Source: Octopus vulgaris (lineage: Eukaryota). From it: DNA of 64,000 nt. The position numbers and the translations under genes are program-made. The stretch covers positions 26,474,001 through 26,538,000 of the forward strand of contig OX597839.1 in NCBI GenBank assembly GCA_951406725.2, read 5' to 3'. Position 1 is the first letter of the stretch; each line of letters opens with the position of its first letter. Positions 12,119-24,264 of this stretch are shown one piece after another. Under the pieces are notes generated by a model that worked only from the letters and a program-made list of their open reading frames with translations, had not been told where the DNA came from and ran no database searches.

Positions 12119-12316
12119 ATAAAGGAATTTTGTTAAATCGTCGTTCAACTCCATTCTTTCATTTATTTGTATTAAAAAACACACAAATTTCCACACGAAA
12201 GCACGTGATCTCTGCCCTTGGCATGTAGCTTCAACCGTGTTTTTCTGACGTGAATTTGCTACCCAGGTATCGGTTAACCGAATTATCCATACTAGGATAA
12301 TTCATTCAACTACTTG

Positions 12317-12349
<33 letters not shown>

Positions 12350-12350
<1 letters not shown>

Positions 12351-12626
12351 AATTTGAGCAAAGTCAGGACCAACTTTGTGCAAGCATGAAGGCACACTGG
12401 CAAAACACTGCTCTTCTTAAAGGAGACCTTACCTGTCATTGTGTGGTTTTGTGGCACAAAGCAAAGCAGGCCTTACTGTCCACTCAAGCAAACTGAGTCC
12501 TCAACTTGCTCCAATTGCCGAAAGGGTTGCAAGGGCGCCAGCAGGCCTCAAGAGATACATTCGTGTCCATAGAATTTAATTTACTGAACCCTCATTTGTC
12601 ATTTGCGACGAGGGAATCCATCATCA
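12350..12626 (+). mobile_element. Degraded RTE-type LINE 3' end with zinc-finger remnant
   Basis: Frameshifted TCHCGFVAQSKAGLTVH...TCSNCRKGCKG..AGLKRYIRVH, followed by a short 3' UTR ending gacgagggaatccatcatc. Confidence 0.55.
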
Positions 12627-13120
12627 TACACACACACACACAATCAACATCATCAATCTTTTTAGCTTCCAGTTTTCCATGCCTGCATGGGTTGGAGGAG
12701 ACTTTTTTGAGGCAGATTGTTTTAGGCTGGAAGCCCTTCATGTCTAGTGAAACACAGACAGCAAATGATGCTCTGCTGCTGATACTCCCAGCTTCTCACC
12801 ACCCTTTGCTGCTGACTTGTGTGCTTGTTACTCGAAACATTGTTCATCCATCTCAGACGTTTCGTTTCGTGTTAAAAAAACAAGCTATTTGTCAACTGAC
12901 ATGTTAGTAAAATGAGGTTCTACTCTGTGTGTGTGTGTGTAAAAACAGCAGTCAGCAATGTTTCACCAAAAAGGGAAATTATAATTGTCACTAAATATGA
13001 TACACCTACATTGCTAGAAATAAGAGCGAAAATACATTGACAACAGCTTTAGAGCATTTTAGCTCTTATTTATTTCTAGCGATGTAGATGTTTCTAACAC
13101 CCTGGTAATGTTTAGTAACA

Positions 13121-13148
<28 letters not shown>

Positions 13149-13151
<3 letters not shown>

Positions 13152-13414
13152 TACGATGTACTTGCATAGCAAGTGACCTGATCTGAGATCGTGTGCTGGA
13201 GCGAAAACAATTGCAGCACGGAGTTTTGTCAGTGAACAGGTTGCGGTCTCAAAGCGATGAAAATTTTTATGACAAATTAAATTTAAATGTTGAAGTGAAT
13301 CTAATGGTTTTTGTGTGTTTCTTAAATGGCTTATAAACACCTTCCATGCTGCAATTGTTTTCGTTCCAGCCCACAATCTCAGATCAAGTCACTCGCTATG
13401 CAAGTACATCTCCG

Positions 13415-13419
<5 letters not shown>
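13149..13419. repeat. Foldback element in (TA)n with roughly 70-bp terminal inverted arms
   Basis: ttacgatgtacttgcatagcaagtgacctgatctgagatc... is the reverse complement of ...tctcagatcaagtcactcgctatgcaagtacatctccgtaa. Confidence 0.8.
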
Positions 13420-13451
<32 letters not shown>

Positions 13452-14090
13452 AGTTATTAAGGTGGCTATTTGCAATTTACAACCAAAAGGCAACTCGTAC
13501 AGTTGTCACTGTCGCATAACTGGTCCACTGAGCAATAAACTATGCTTAAAAAGATCTGTTGAGTCAAGTGAAATCATTGTCATGGCCTATGCAAGTACTG
13601 CATGTAAAAAGCACCATTCAAGCGCGGTCAATGTCAGTCCCACCAGACAGGCTCTATATGAACATGGTCAATGCCAGTTCTGCCTGACTGGCTCCTGTGC
13701 TGGTGACGCATAAAAAGCACCATTTGAGCATGGTCATTGCCAGTTCCACCCGACTGGCTCCCATGCTGGTGGCACATAAAAAGCACCATTCGAGTGAGGT
13801 TGATCCCAGTACCTCCTGAGTGGCCCTCTTGCCAGTGGCAAATAAAAAGCACTCACTACACTCTCAGAGTGGTTGGCATTAGGAAGGGCATCCAGCAGTA
13901 GAAACCTTGCCAGATCAGATTGGAGCTTGGCTCGCCAGTCCTCAGTCAAACCGTCCAACCCATGTCAGCATGGAAAGTGGACATTAAACAATGATGATGA
14001 TGATTATATATAATATATGTGTGTGTGTTTTCACACATAAATTTTCGAGAAAAGAAATTAAGACAGAGAAGCCAAATAATTTCTCCATAC

Positions 14091-14207
14091 CCGGTTATCA
14101 GAATATATAAGCTGTGCTATACTCTGATGTTTGGTTTCGGCAGTACTATGTTCTGGAGAGGCCGGTTTCTCTTCAGGTGGCTTTGCTGCAATTTGTTCTA
14201 TTTGATG
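14091..14207 (-). CDS. NCOR1: NCOR1/SMRT-like coding exon (117 nt)
   Basis: ttctag acceptor, gtatgg donor. HQIEQIAAKPPEEKPASPEHSTAETKHQSIAQLIYSDNR matches NCoR [38 protein letters not shown]. Not in the ORF track. Confidence 0.95.
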
Positions 14208-14711
14208 CTAGAATTTATTAAAAAAATAAAAAAAAATTAGAGAAAAAAATTAAATCTACAAATAAAATAACTGTTCATACCCAGAAGAATTTGTAAGTTT
14301 CACAATTGGTTTTTTTTCCCCATTTTAATGTCCAAAATATGCAGAACCTGAAGCGGACATTATCCAATGATTATCTCTAAATAAATCAGGTGATGCTAAA
14401 ACAAAGGCAAATTGTGACCCATGGCACTTTCTAAATGGAAAGCCTAATTAAAATCATGTTTTGGGAGAGTCATTACACCAATATTTAATAATACATGCAC
14501 TGGTTCAATTCCACTTCTTTACTGTTAGTCAATTCGTTAAATATCCATCCAAGTAACTAATTGATTGTTTGTTTAACTTGTTGGATTTAATTTGTCAAAG
14601 TTTATCATCAATCTTTTCAGTGACTTCTCTCCTAGTCCATTACAGGGGGTTGCGTTTGTCTGCAAACCAAATATGAAAATGAACTAATTAAAATCACAGA
14701 CACACAAACAC

Positions 14712-14742
<31 letters not shown>

Positions 14743-15362
14743 GCAGGCTTCTTCCAGTTTTTCGTCTACCAAATCCACTCACAAGGCTTTGGTTGGCCCG
14801 AGACTATAGTAGAAGATACTTGCTCATGGTGCCACTCAGTAGGACTGAACCCAGACCATGTGGTTGGTAAGCAAGCTACTTACCACACAGCCACTCCTGG
14901 GATGGTAATTAATAATGAGTAGATTACTTTTACTAAATTCTTCCTTTTTTTAAATTAACCGAAACAAACGCAGTATATCTCAACAGAAATATGGTGACTA
15001 AAGGTTAAATTAGCTTTCCCTGATCCTGTGGGACCATGATTTCAAAATTTGATACAGACAGCCAATTAATTAAATTACAAGTGCCTGGGGACCCCAGTAG
15101 GTAGCAACCACAAGAAGCTTTTAAAACAGCATCCTTTTGTTATCTTAAACCAAAAAGTTTTACTGCGAGTCAGTTTTTCCATTTCCTTGTTCCTTACTTC
15201 AAAAATTCCAACCATTATAATTAGGTTTCCCTAGCAACTAAATAATGGAATACATTGAAATTAACATTGTTAAGAGAGAAGGATAAATAAAAAATACCAA
15301 GAAAACAATTTATAAAAAAAACGAAAAAAGATACAAAAATCGCATTTGTTTATGCAACCAAC

Positions 15363-15524
15363 CTGACTCTTCTTCAATTTAAGAATATCCTGTTCCACTT
15401 TTAAAATCTCCCTGTCCACTCTGCTGATGGCTTGCAGAAGAAAATCTTTCGAAGCACGGTTAGCGCTTTCATCGTTTGGTAACGTGGGAGATATGGCTTC
15501 CACTTGAGGATTATAAGCAGGCTC
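15363..15524 (-). CDS. NCOR1: NCOR1/SMRT-like coding exon, GPS2-interacting coiled coil (162 nt)
   Basis: taacag acceptor, gttggt donor. EPAYNPQVEAISPTLPNDESANRASKDFLLQAISRVDREILKVEQDILKLKKSQ matches NCoR SKEELIQSMDRVDREIAKVEQQILKLKKKQ. Confidence 0.95.
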
Positions 15525-15567
15525 CTGTTATGAAATAGAGATTATAGCATTGTAAGGATGGTCGTAT

Positions 15568-15787
15568 TAGGAGGGGATGCTGAAAAGTTCCTGGTTTTGG
15601 GTAAAAGAAAATACAGGAGGATCAGTTAATTATGATTTTATCCAAGATATTCCCCTCTCAGATTCACACATTTATAGCAGTGGTCCTTCAGTTTTTCTTA
15701 TCTCTGTAAAAGATCTCGGAAGGTCAGGCCTCCAACCAATCCTTTCATGATACCCTTAAAGCCAGGAATTTTTCAGACCCTCTCATA
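15568..15787. mobile_element. Mariner-type MITE
   Basis: TA-flanked imperfect TIRs gaggggatgctgaaaagttcctgg / ccaggaatttttcagaccctctc. It lies about 40 bp from the acceptor of the 15363-15524 exon. Confidence 0.65.
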
Positions 15788-15878
15788 TAGAATATATTTT
15801 AGGATTATATAACAGCAATTATAAGACTATATGCAGGTTCTTATTGTAAAATAGAGAAAGGATTATAGCATAACAGAG

Positions 15879-15978
15879 AAAGGGTCAGAACTGGTGTTAA
15901 AAAAGGGTCAGAACTGGTGTTAAAAAAGGGTCAGAACTGGTGTTAAAAAAAGGGTCAGAACTGGTGCTAAAAAAAGGG
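15879..15978. repeat. Short tandem repeat, 4 x about 24 bp
   Basis: aaagggtcagaactggtgttaaaa repeated with a variable A tract. Confidence 0.9.
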
Positions 15979-16436
15979 AACTGCAACGTTATATCAATTT
16001 GGCATTTAATTATTTTTTTGCAGTAGTTTTCTTCGGAAGCATTCCCGGAACTCCTTTTTTGGGGATCTGGAGGCACGTGGCTTAGTGGTTAGGATGTTGG
16101 ACACTTGATCGTATGATTGTGGTTTTGATTCCTGGACTGGGTGACATGTGGCTCTGGTCCACTCAGCTGCCAAAAAATGAGTAATTCTGCGACAGACAGG
16201 TGTCCTGTCCAGGTGGGGTATTTATACGCCACGAAACCGGGAAACTGGCCCTCATGAGTCAGCACGACTTGAAAAGGTAACCTTAACCTTTTTTTTACCT
16301 TTCTTCAGGATAGCAAGCAGCTGCCTTGTCTCATTTCTCTTGGATTTCTATGCCATCTTGAAATCTAATTATTTTTTCCAGATTCTGTTATCAAAAGAAT
16401 TTTTTATGTTAAAATAATTGAGAGACAGAAACAAAC

Positions 16437-16602
16437 CTTTTTAACCTCTCCTTCACCAGTTGTATCAATTTTAAGAGGCTGGGTCAAGTCAGGACGAAAG
16501 TCTCCTAGCCGAGGTCTCTTATTAGATATGTGAGTAGGTTCAATGTTTGAAAAATGAATCATTTGAGCATTTTCTTGGTTAGACTCGTAGATTTCGGAAT
16601 TT
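16437..16602 (-). CDS. NCOR1: NCOR1/SMRT-like coding exon (166 nt, phase 2 to 0)
   Basis: Polypyrimidine tract plus ttttcaag acceptor; donor gtttgt. Translates NSEIYESNQENAQMIHFSNIEPTHISNKRPRLGDFRPDLTQPLKIDTTGEGEVKK, with the KRPRL motif of NCoR N-termini. Phases match both neighbours. Confidence 0.85.
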
Positions 16603-19600
16603 CTTGAAAAGACAGAAAGACAATAAATAAATAAATAAATAAAGAGAAAAAAAAAAGAAAAAAGAGAAAAAAAAGATGACCAACAGAATTTCAGTCTGTA
16701 AATCAATATCGAAACAATTTTTTTAAAAATCAAAAGAAAAAAAAAAAAAAAAAAAAATGTCGATGACATTAGAAAAATAAAATTTTATCAATGAAATCAA
16801 TCAATAAATCAGATCAACAAAAGCCATTAACATTTGACTGGTGTTCGTATTTTTAACTCTGTAGACCTCCACCCCACACCCCCACCCGGTTGTACAACAA
16901 ATCGTTTATCATCAGACCGATATTAAAATGACCTTTATGCTGATAACAAGAGAATTTTATCTACATTACATAATCTCACTCTTTTCTATCTTTCATTCAG
17001 CCATAAAATTCACGACAAACTTAACTCTTTTTTTTTTGTTTTTTGTTCCCCTCCCCCTAAATTCTTTGTTTAAATATATTTCTCAGAAATAAATTACTTC
17101 CTTCTTGCTATTTTAACCCTTTAGTGTTCAGATTACTCTGTTAAATGTAATATTTTTTTAATTCAAATTGTTTTTAATTAATCAAACATTATCTCATAGC
17201 TTTGAGGTTTCAATGATGTGATTGTTTATTTTTAGAATGGCATTGTAGGTTAGGTGTGAGAGGCTAGATATTGCCAGTTTGAATATAAAACATATAGAAT
17301 ATCTGGGCCGGATACGGCCGGTTTAAACACTAAAGGGTTAAACTGCAACTAGCTCAGAGAATTGGCAAAAGAAATTAAATAAATAAATAAAGATGGTTTC
17401 TATTTGGAGCTAACAAAATAAAACTTGTTGCCAAATTAATTCTGTAATTAAGCGCGGGCGTAGCTGTATGGGTACCTCAAGCAGGTGTCGTCCACTATAG
17501 CCCCAGGCCACCCAAAACTTTGTGAGTGGATGTGGTAAATGGAAACTGAAAGAAGCCCATTACCAATATATCTCCATGTATGCGTCTAAAACTTTGTGAG
17601 TGGATGTGGTAAATGGAAACTGAAAGAAGCCCATTACACATAAATCTCCATGTATGTGTCTTTGTGTCTGTGTTTGTCCCCTGCCACCATTTGACAACCG
17701 GTGTTGGTGTGTTTATGTTCCTGTAACTTAGCAGCCTGGTAAAAAAAAACTGTAATAGAACAAGCATCAGGTTTAAAGAGGAAATATGTACTGGGGGTTG
17801 ATTCATTTGACTTGAAAATCCTTCAAGGCAATGCCCCAGCATGGCCACAGTCTAATGACTGAAACATGTCAAAGATAAAAGGCAAGATGGACATTATGAT
17901 TGTTGAGGGGGCAGTGAGTTTGTTGCCTGCAGTGTTGGTGAGGACAGGCTGAAGGAGTTATATACACCCAAACTTTCACTTTACTTCACAAACACCCATT
18001 TTACTTACTAAAAAAAGGGGGTCGAAATTTGTGTGAGAAACCCTTATTTCATTATAACAGCAAAATGTGGCTATGTGGTTAGAATGTTTACTTCCCAACC
18101 ACATGGTTCTAGGTTCAGTCCCACTGCATGGTACCTTGGGTAAGTGTTTTTTACTATAGCCTCTGGCCAACCAATGACTTGTGAGCGGATATGGTAGATG
18201 GAAACTGAAAGAAGCCCATTGTGTGTGAATGCATGTCTGTATCTCTCTCTCTCTCCCTCCTAGTCTTGGCATCACGCAATAGTTGTAAATGAGCATCATT
18301 TTCTGGGGAACATAAGGGTGGTGATGGGGAAATATTACCTTTGTGAGATGGTTTGTCAGAAACAGGTAAGCTGGAGGGCTACACCGGGTTCCAATCTGAT
18401 TTGGCGTGGTTTTTATGGCTGGATGTCCTTCCTAACGCCAACCATTCTGATAGTCAGAGTGTAATGGGTGCTTTTTACATACACATGTATGTACATATGT
18501 ACGTACACAAACACAGAGTTTACTTTTCCGTCAAGGTAAGATCAACAAAAAAAAAAGTACTCCATCTGATGAGAGTTAGGTATTGTTTAATGTACACAGT
18601 ATATAGTTAAGAGCTACCAATTGTTTCATACTTTCATTCTATTGAAAGTGTTTTACGTAGGATGTGTGCAGTGCCTAGTAGTGCTATTTGTTAGTCCTGG
18701 TGTTTTTGTTATGCATTTATCTGAATATTTTTTTCATCATACCTAATGTACCTACTATGATAGACCGGGCGTTGTGAGTGTTTATTGAGCGAAAACACCT
18801 AAAGCTCCACGAGGCTCTGGCAGGGAATGGTGGTGATCCCTGCTGTACTCTTTCACCACAACTTTCTCTCACTCTTACTTCCTGTTTCTGTTGTACCTGT
18901 ATTTCAAAGGGCCGGCCTTGTCACTCTCTGTGTCACGCTGAATCTCCCCGAGAACTACGTTAAGGGTACACATGTCTGTGGAATGCTCAGCCACTTACAC
19001 GTTAATTTCACAAGCAGGCTGTTCTGTTGATTTGGATCAATTGGAACCCTCATCGTCGTAACCGACGGAGTGCTTCCACCACTATGATAGGAATTGTTTT
19101 ATTATTATTTTAATATATCTATATAATAATAATAACCTACAAATGTGAGAATATAGTCACAAACAGACATGAGGTATGCAGAAACGTATGTCGCAATGCA
19201 TTAATGAAATATGAAAATTTCCATCCATAAATAATTTTTGCTGGCATTAGGAAGGGCATTTAGCTGTAGAAACCATGCCAAATCAGACTGGAGTTTGGTG
19301 CAGCTCCCAAGCTTGCCAGTTCTGGTCAAACCGTTCAACCCATGCCAGCATGGACAAGGGACATTAAATGATAATGATACATGGGAGTTGAGAAGTCTGG
19401 TCCTGCAAGTTCTTTGGTGACCTCACTGCTGCTGGTGCCAAGTAAAAAGCACCCAGTATATTCTGTAAAGTGATTTGCATTAGGAAGGGTATCCAGGTGC
19501 CAAAACAGACAGCAGAGAGCTTGGTGCAGTCGTCTTACTTGCCTGTTCCTGTCAAAAGCATCCAACCCATGGCAGCATGGAAAATGGATGCATGATGATG

Positions 19601-19759
19601 ATGGGCAAATGTTACAAAAAAAGTAAAGAAAAAAAAGGCAAGTGTGCCATTATAAAAGGCATCTGCTGCTTCCTGTGATAGAATGTAATTTGAAGCAGAT
19701 TTAACCCTTTCATTACCATATTTCTGTTGAGATGCTCTGGGTTCCAATTAATTTTAAAT

Positions 19760-20350
19760 CATCATCATCATCATCATCATTTAGCGTCCGTTTTCCATGC
19801 TAGCATGGGTTGGACGGTTCAACTGGGGTCTGGGGAGCCCGAAGGCTGCACCAGGCCAGTCAGATCTGGCAGTGTTTCTACAGCTGGATGCCCTTCCTAA
19901 CGCCAACCACTCCGAGAGTGTAGTGGGTGATTTTATGTGCCACCGACACAGGTGCCAGACGAGGCTGGCGAACGGCCACGCTCGGATGGTGTTTTTATGT
20001 GCCACCGACACAGGTGCCAGACGAGGCTGGCAGACGGCCACGCTCGGATGGTGTTTTTATGTGCCACCGACACAGGTGCCAGATGAGGCTGGCAGGTGCC
20101 AGACGAGGCTGGCAGACGGCCACGCTCGGATGGTGTTTTTATGTGCCACCGACACAGGTGCCAGATGAGGCTGGTGGACGGCCACGATCGGATGGTGTTT
20201 GTTACGTCCCCAAAGCACGGAGGCCAGTCTATGCGGTACTGGCTACGGCCACGTTCGGATGATTTTCTTGTGTGCCACCGGCACTGGTACCACAAAGATA
20301 CAAATTCCATTTATGTTCATCTATTTTGATTTGTTTTGATTTGATTTGAT
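19760..20350 (-). mobile_element. SINE family D ((GAT)n-tailed) with an expanded internal tandem unit of about 60 bp
   Basis: Ends aacccatgctagcatggaaaacggacgctaaatgatgatg. The unit gtgccaccgacacaggtgccagacgaggctggc..ggccacgctcggatggtgtttttat is repeated 5-6 times. Other copies at 4223-4690, 13600-14002, 23831-24200, 33295-33680, 35645-35995, 36523-36780 and 52355-52670. Confidence 0.85.
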
Positions 20351-21412
20351 TAACAAAGAATTTAGTAAAATAACTTCATTATCATTAACCCTTTAGTGTT
20401 CGCATTATTCTGTCAAAATTTATGCTTTTTCATCCACACTGTTTTGAACTAATCATGCATTATCTTGGTGCTATGAGATTTTGATGAGGAAGCTGTTAAT
20501 TTCTAAAATGATATTGTAGGGTTGGTGTGAGAGACCAGATCTGGCCAGTTTGCACATAAAACAGGCAGAATACTTTTGGCTGGATATGGCCGGTTTAAAT
20601 ACTAAAAGGGTTAAGCTAGTGTTAGGAACATAAATTGTGACTAAGGTTTGGTAGAAGGTTCTAATTCAGAACTTTTGAAAGCAAGACATTTGCACTACAG
20701 AGCCAGAGGCAGTTTCAGCCCAGTTGATATTGAAAGGGTTAACAACCATACTAAGGCTTACTCATTTGGACAACCGTCTATTTTCCATAGCCTTGAAATG
20801 AAAATTCCTAACAGCAGCGGAGAGAAGATTCAGCTTTGAATAAACATTTAAATTCAAATCCTCCAATATGTGGGTGCATGTGTTTGTGTGCATGTCTGCA
20901 ATTATCAAGTGGATTGGAACTGAATTAAGACATCTTAACACTTTTTCTTCTTCTTTTGTATCCTCTGGAGATGTCAGACATGTTAATTCTTGGTTAATCA
21001 AAACTCCACAAATATTTCATACAACTTCAGCGAATTTTAATTTCAAAATAGATACATTTTATAGAACATGTCAAAGCAGAAACAAACTGCCGCTAAATGG
21101 GTCATGCAAACAAATTTGCATGACCCATGGAAACCATGGCTATAAATCCCAGTATTTGATAAATCTTTTAGCTTTAATCAATTACTTGTTTCAGTCATTA
21201 GACTACAGCCATGCTGGGGCACTGCCTTGAAGAATTTTTAATTGGAATGAATTGGCTCCAGGACCTAAGTTTTTTTCTGTTTTTCTTTTCAAGTCTGGTA
21301 CTTATTCTATCAGTCTCTTTTGCCAAACCGCTAAGTTACGGAGATGTAAACACACCAGTTGTCAAGCGGTAGTGAGAGCCAAACACAGACACTAAGACAT
21401 TCACCCCCCCAC

Positions 21413-21463
21413 ATCATCATCATCATCATCATCATTCATCATTGTTCGACCGTGGTCGAGACT
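21413..21463 (-). mobile_element. Extremely 5'-truncated copy of the same RTE 3' end
   Basis: (cat)n-cattgttcgaccgtggtcgagac matches 2128-2162 (cattgttcaagcgtggtcgagac). Confidence 0.6.
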
Positions 21464-24220
21464 CCATAGTCTTTTCAAATGACTAATAATGTGTGCGTGC
21501 GCCACTACTACACACATTGGAAAGCATTGTACAACCAAGCACTAAAGAAGATCTTTCCTCCTCCATGAAACAAAGCTGTTTCCCCTGGACGTCAACCCAG
21601 TATTTCTAAGCTACGGACCCAGTGATTTATAGTAAGGTTATCTCCCTAGATAGATTGCCTTCACTACGGCTAAGGAGCCCTTTCTACCCCTCCCCCCCAC
21701 ACACACAACAGGCTTCTTCCAGCTTCCATCAACCAAATCCACTCACAAGGCTTTGGTTCGCCTGACGCTGTAATAGAAGACCCTTGCCCAAGGTGCCATG
21801 CAGTAGGACTGAACCTGGAACCATGTGACTGGGAAGCAAGCTTCTTACCACACAGCCACAGGCATAGGAAGACACAACAGGAATCTATCAATGTTTTATT
21901 TCTTCCTTGTTTCTTGTTGTTGTTGCTGTTGTTGTTACTTCTGCCCTAGTTTCTCAACAAATATCTGAGAAGGAAACATCACAGATGTTGATTCTTTGTT
22001 TGTTCAAGTTCTAAGCATGTCAGATTCAGAACAAGTTGTTGACCAACTTACATCATTGCTATTCATTCAATACTCATCTGTAAAGATTGCATTATGCAAC
22101 ACAATTATACCTACGTATGTAGGTATAACTGTATGTGTGTGTGCATGTATAGGTATGTTGTGTGTAGTTCCAATACAAACCATTATTGGATCATTTAACC
22201 ATTTTGATACCAACCTGGCTGAAACCGCTTCTGGCTCTGTAGTACAAATGTCTTGTTTTCAAAAGTTTTGAATTAAAATCTTCCCACAGACCTTAGTCAC
22301 AATTTATGTTCCTAATAATAGGTTAATAATAACGAAGTTATTTTACTAAATTCTTTGTTATATTTAAAGTTAATTGAAAAAAAAACTCAGAGCATCAAGA
22401 GAAATATGGTAACAAAAGGGTTAAAGACAGTCAGTCAAATGTGTCTTCAATTTGCACAAGATTTGGCTGCTATTTCTAACAAGTCAATAAACAATGTGAA
22501 ACAAAATCTACAAATTAACCATTTTTATACCAACCAACCTGGCTGAATCCACCTCTCGCTCTGAGTACAAATGTCTTGTTTTCATAAGTTTTGAATTAAA
22601 ATATTCCACCAAACCTTAGTCACAATTTATGTTCCTAACACTAGGTTAATGATAACGAAGTTATTTTACTAAATTCTTTGTTATATTTAAAATTAATTGA
22701 AAGAAACACAGACAGAGCATCTCAACAGAAATATGGTAAGGAAAGGGTAAAAAAACAGATAACATCGTAAGATTTACATCACCACCAATGAAATTGTAAT
22801 GAAATGCAAATGGTAAAAAAACACAAAAAACAATCTTAATGAGAACTTGCCCCTTCACGACTTTGCAAGTGAGCGAGAGACAGAGAGAGACGAACAGACA
22901 GAGGGAGAATGTCTACAAAGAGGTGTATTATTCAACGTTTTGATGACACTTGAACAAGGACGTGTGCAATGTAGACAGGTTAAGCAAACAGCAAAATGGC
23001 CTCATACCAGTGTGAAGTATGACATGCATTTGGTATGCTGAACCAAGTGTTTAAATAAAACAACTACCCTACCTCCTTGTCATGTCTGTCTGTGTTTAGG
23101 GCCAGCCAGAACCCCCCACACACACACACACACGTCTACTACCCAATTTGTACTAACCACCGTTGCATACAAGCTAGTTATTGTTATCAAAAACCTTAAC
23201 ATGGCATTTTTTTTTTTATTCTGAATTTTTGTTTTTGTTTTAACGAGGCACAGGGATAAATTTTACTCGGGAGTTGGGGAGACGGCGCAGAAACCAATTA
23301 GACTGTTGCTAGGAAGTTAGAGGAAAAGTAAATTGTGAACAAAAGGAAGAAATTAATAAGCGAAAGGCATTTAGTCCAGTGTTCCATTTTTGCTTCCTGC
23401 TGATTCATCAAATCCGCCATGCCATAATATTGACATTACTTATCCATCAATAAAAGGAAAACAATAAGTCCATATATGGAGTTGGAAAAAAAAAAAAAAA
23501 TCAACAAAGTAGAATTAATGGAGATAAGGCACTTGAAAATCTGCTATGGTATTGATCCACCAGATTGATCTGCACAAATCATGCAGTGTTTGCTTACATA
23601 CAATGCAGGGTAGCAGTTAAAATAGGGCTACAATGATTATCGGATTATAAAATCTTTGTAATAATATCTGCACAGTTATCTGCATTTAACTACCATAATG
23701 ATTATATATATATATATATATATACCAGCGGTGGTGCCCCAGCATGGCCGCAGCCTTCGGGCTAAAACATTTTTAAGGATTTAAGGATATATATATGTGT
23801 ATGTATGTATGTATGTATGTATGTGTATGCCATCATCATCATCATCATCATCGTTTAGCGTCCGCTTTCCATGCTAGCATGGGTTGGGCGGTTCGACCGG
23901 GGTCTGGGAAGCCAGGAGGCTGCACCAGGCTCCAGTCTTGATCTGGCAGTGTTTCTACAGCTGGATGCCCTTCCTAACGCCAACTACTCTGTGAGTGTAG
24001 TGGGTGCCTTTTACGTGCCACTGGAAAAGGGGCCAGAGGAGGCTGGCAAACAGCCACGATCGGTTGGTGCTTTTATGTGCCTCCGACACGGACGACAGTC
24101 AGGCGACGCTGGCATCTGCCACGTTCGGACGGTGCTTTATACGTGTTACCGGCACGGGTATCTTAACTACAATTTCCATTTGATTTTTATTTTGATGTTG
24201 GTGTTGATGTACTTGACTCA

Positions 24221-24264
<44 letters not shown>

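Larger units (their letters stand above)
11795..12166. repeat. 372-bp foldback (167-bp arms, 38-bp spacer), Penelope-like inverted pseudo-LTR
   Basis: 11795-11961 is the reverse complement of 12000-12166, with 4 mismatches by my count. The element is flanked by (TA)n and each arm holds a hammerhead motif followed by AATAAA. Confidence 0.9.

Noticed and set aside
11839-12122. Two nearly identical 75-aa ORFs on opposite strands
   Set aside because: A by-product of the palindrome; no coding evidence.
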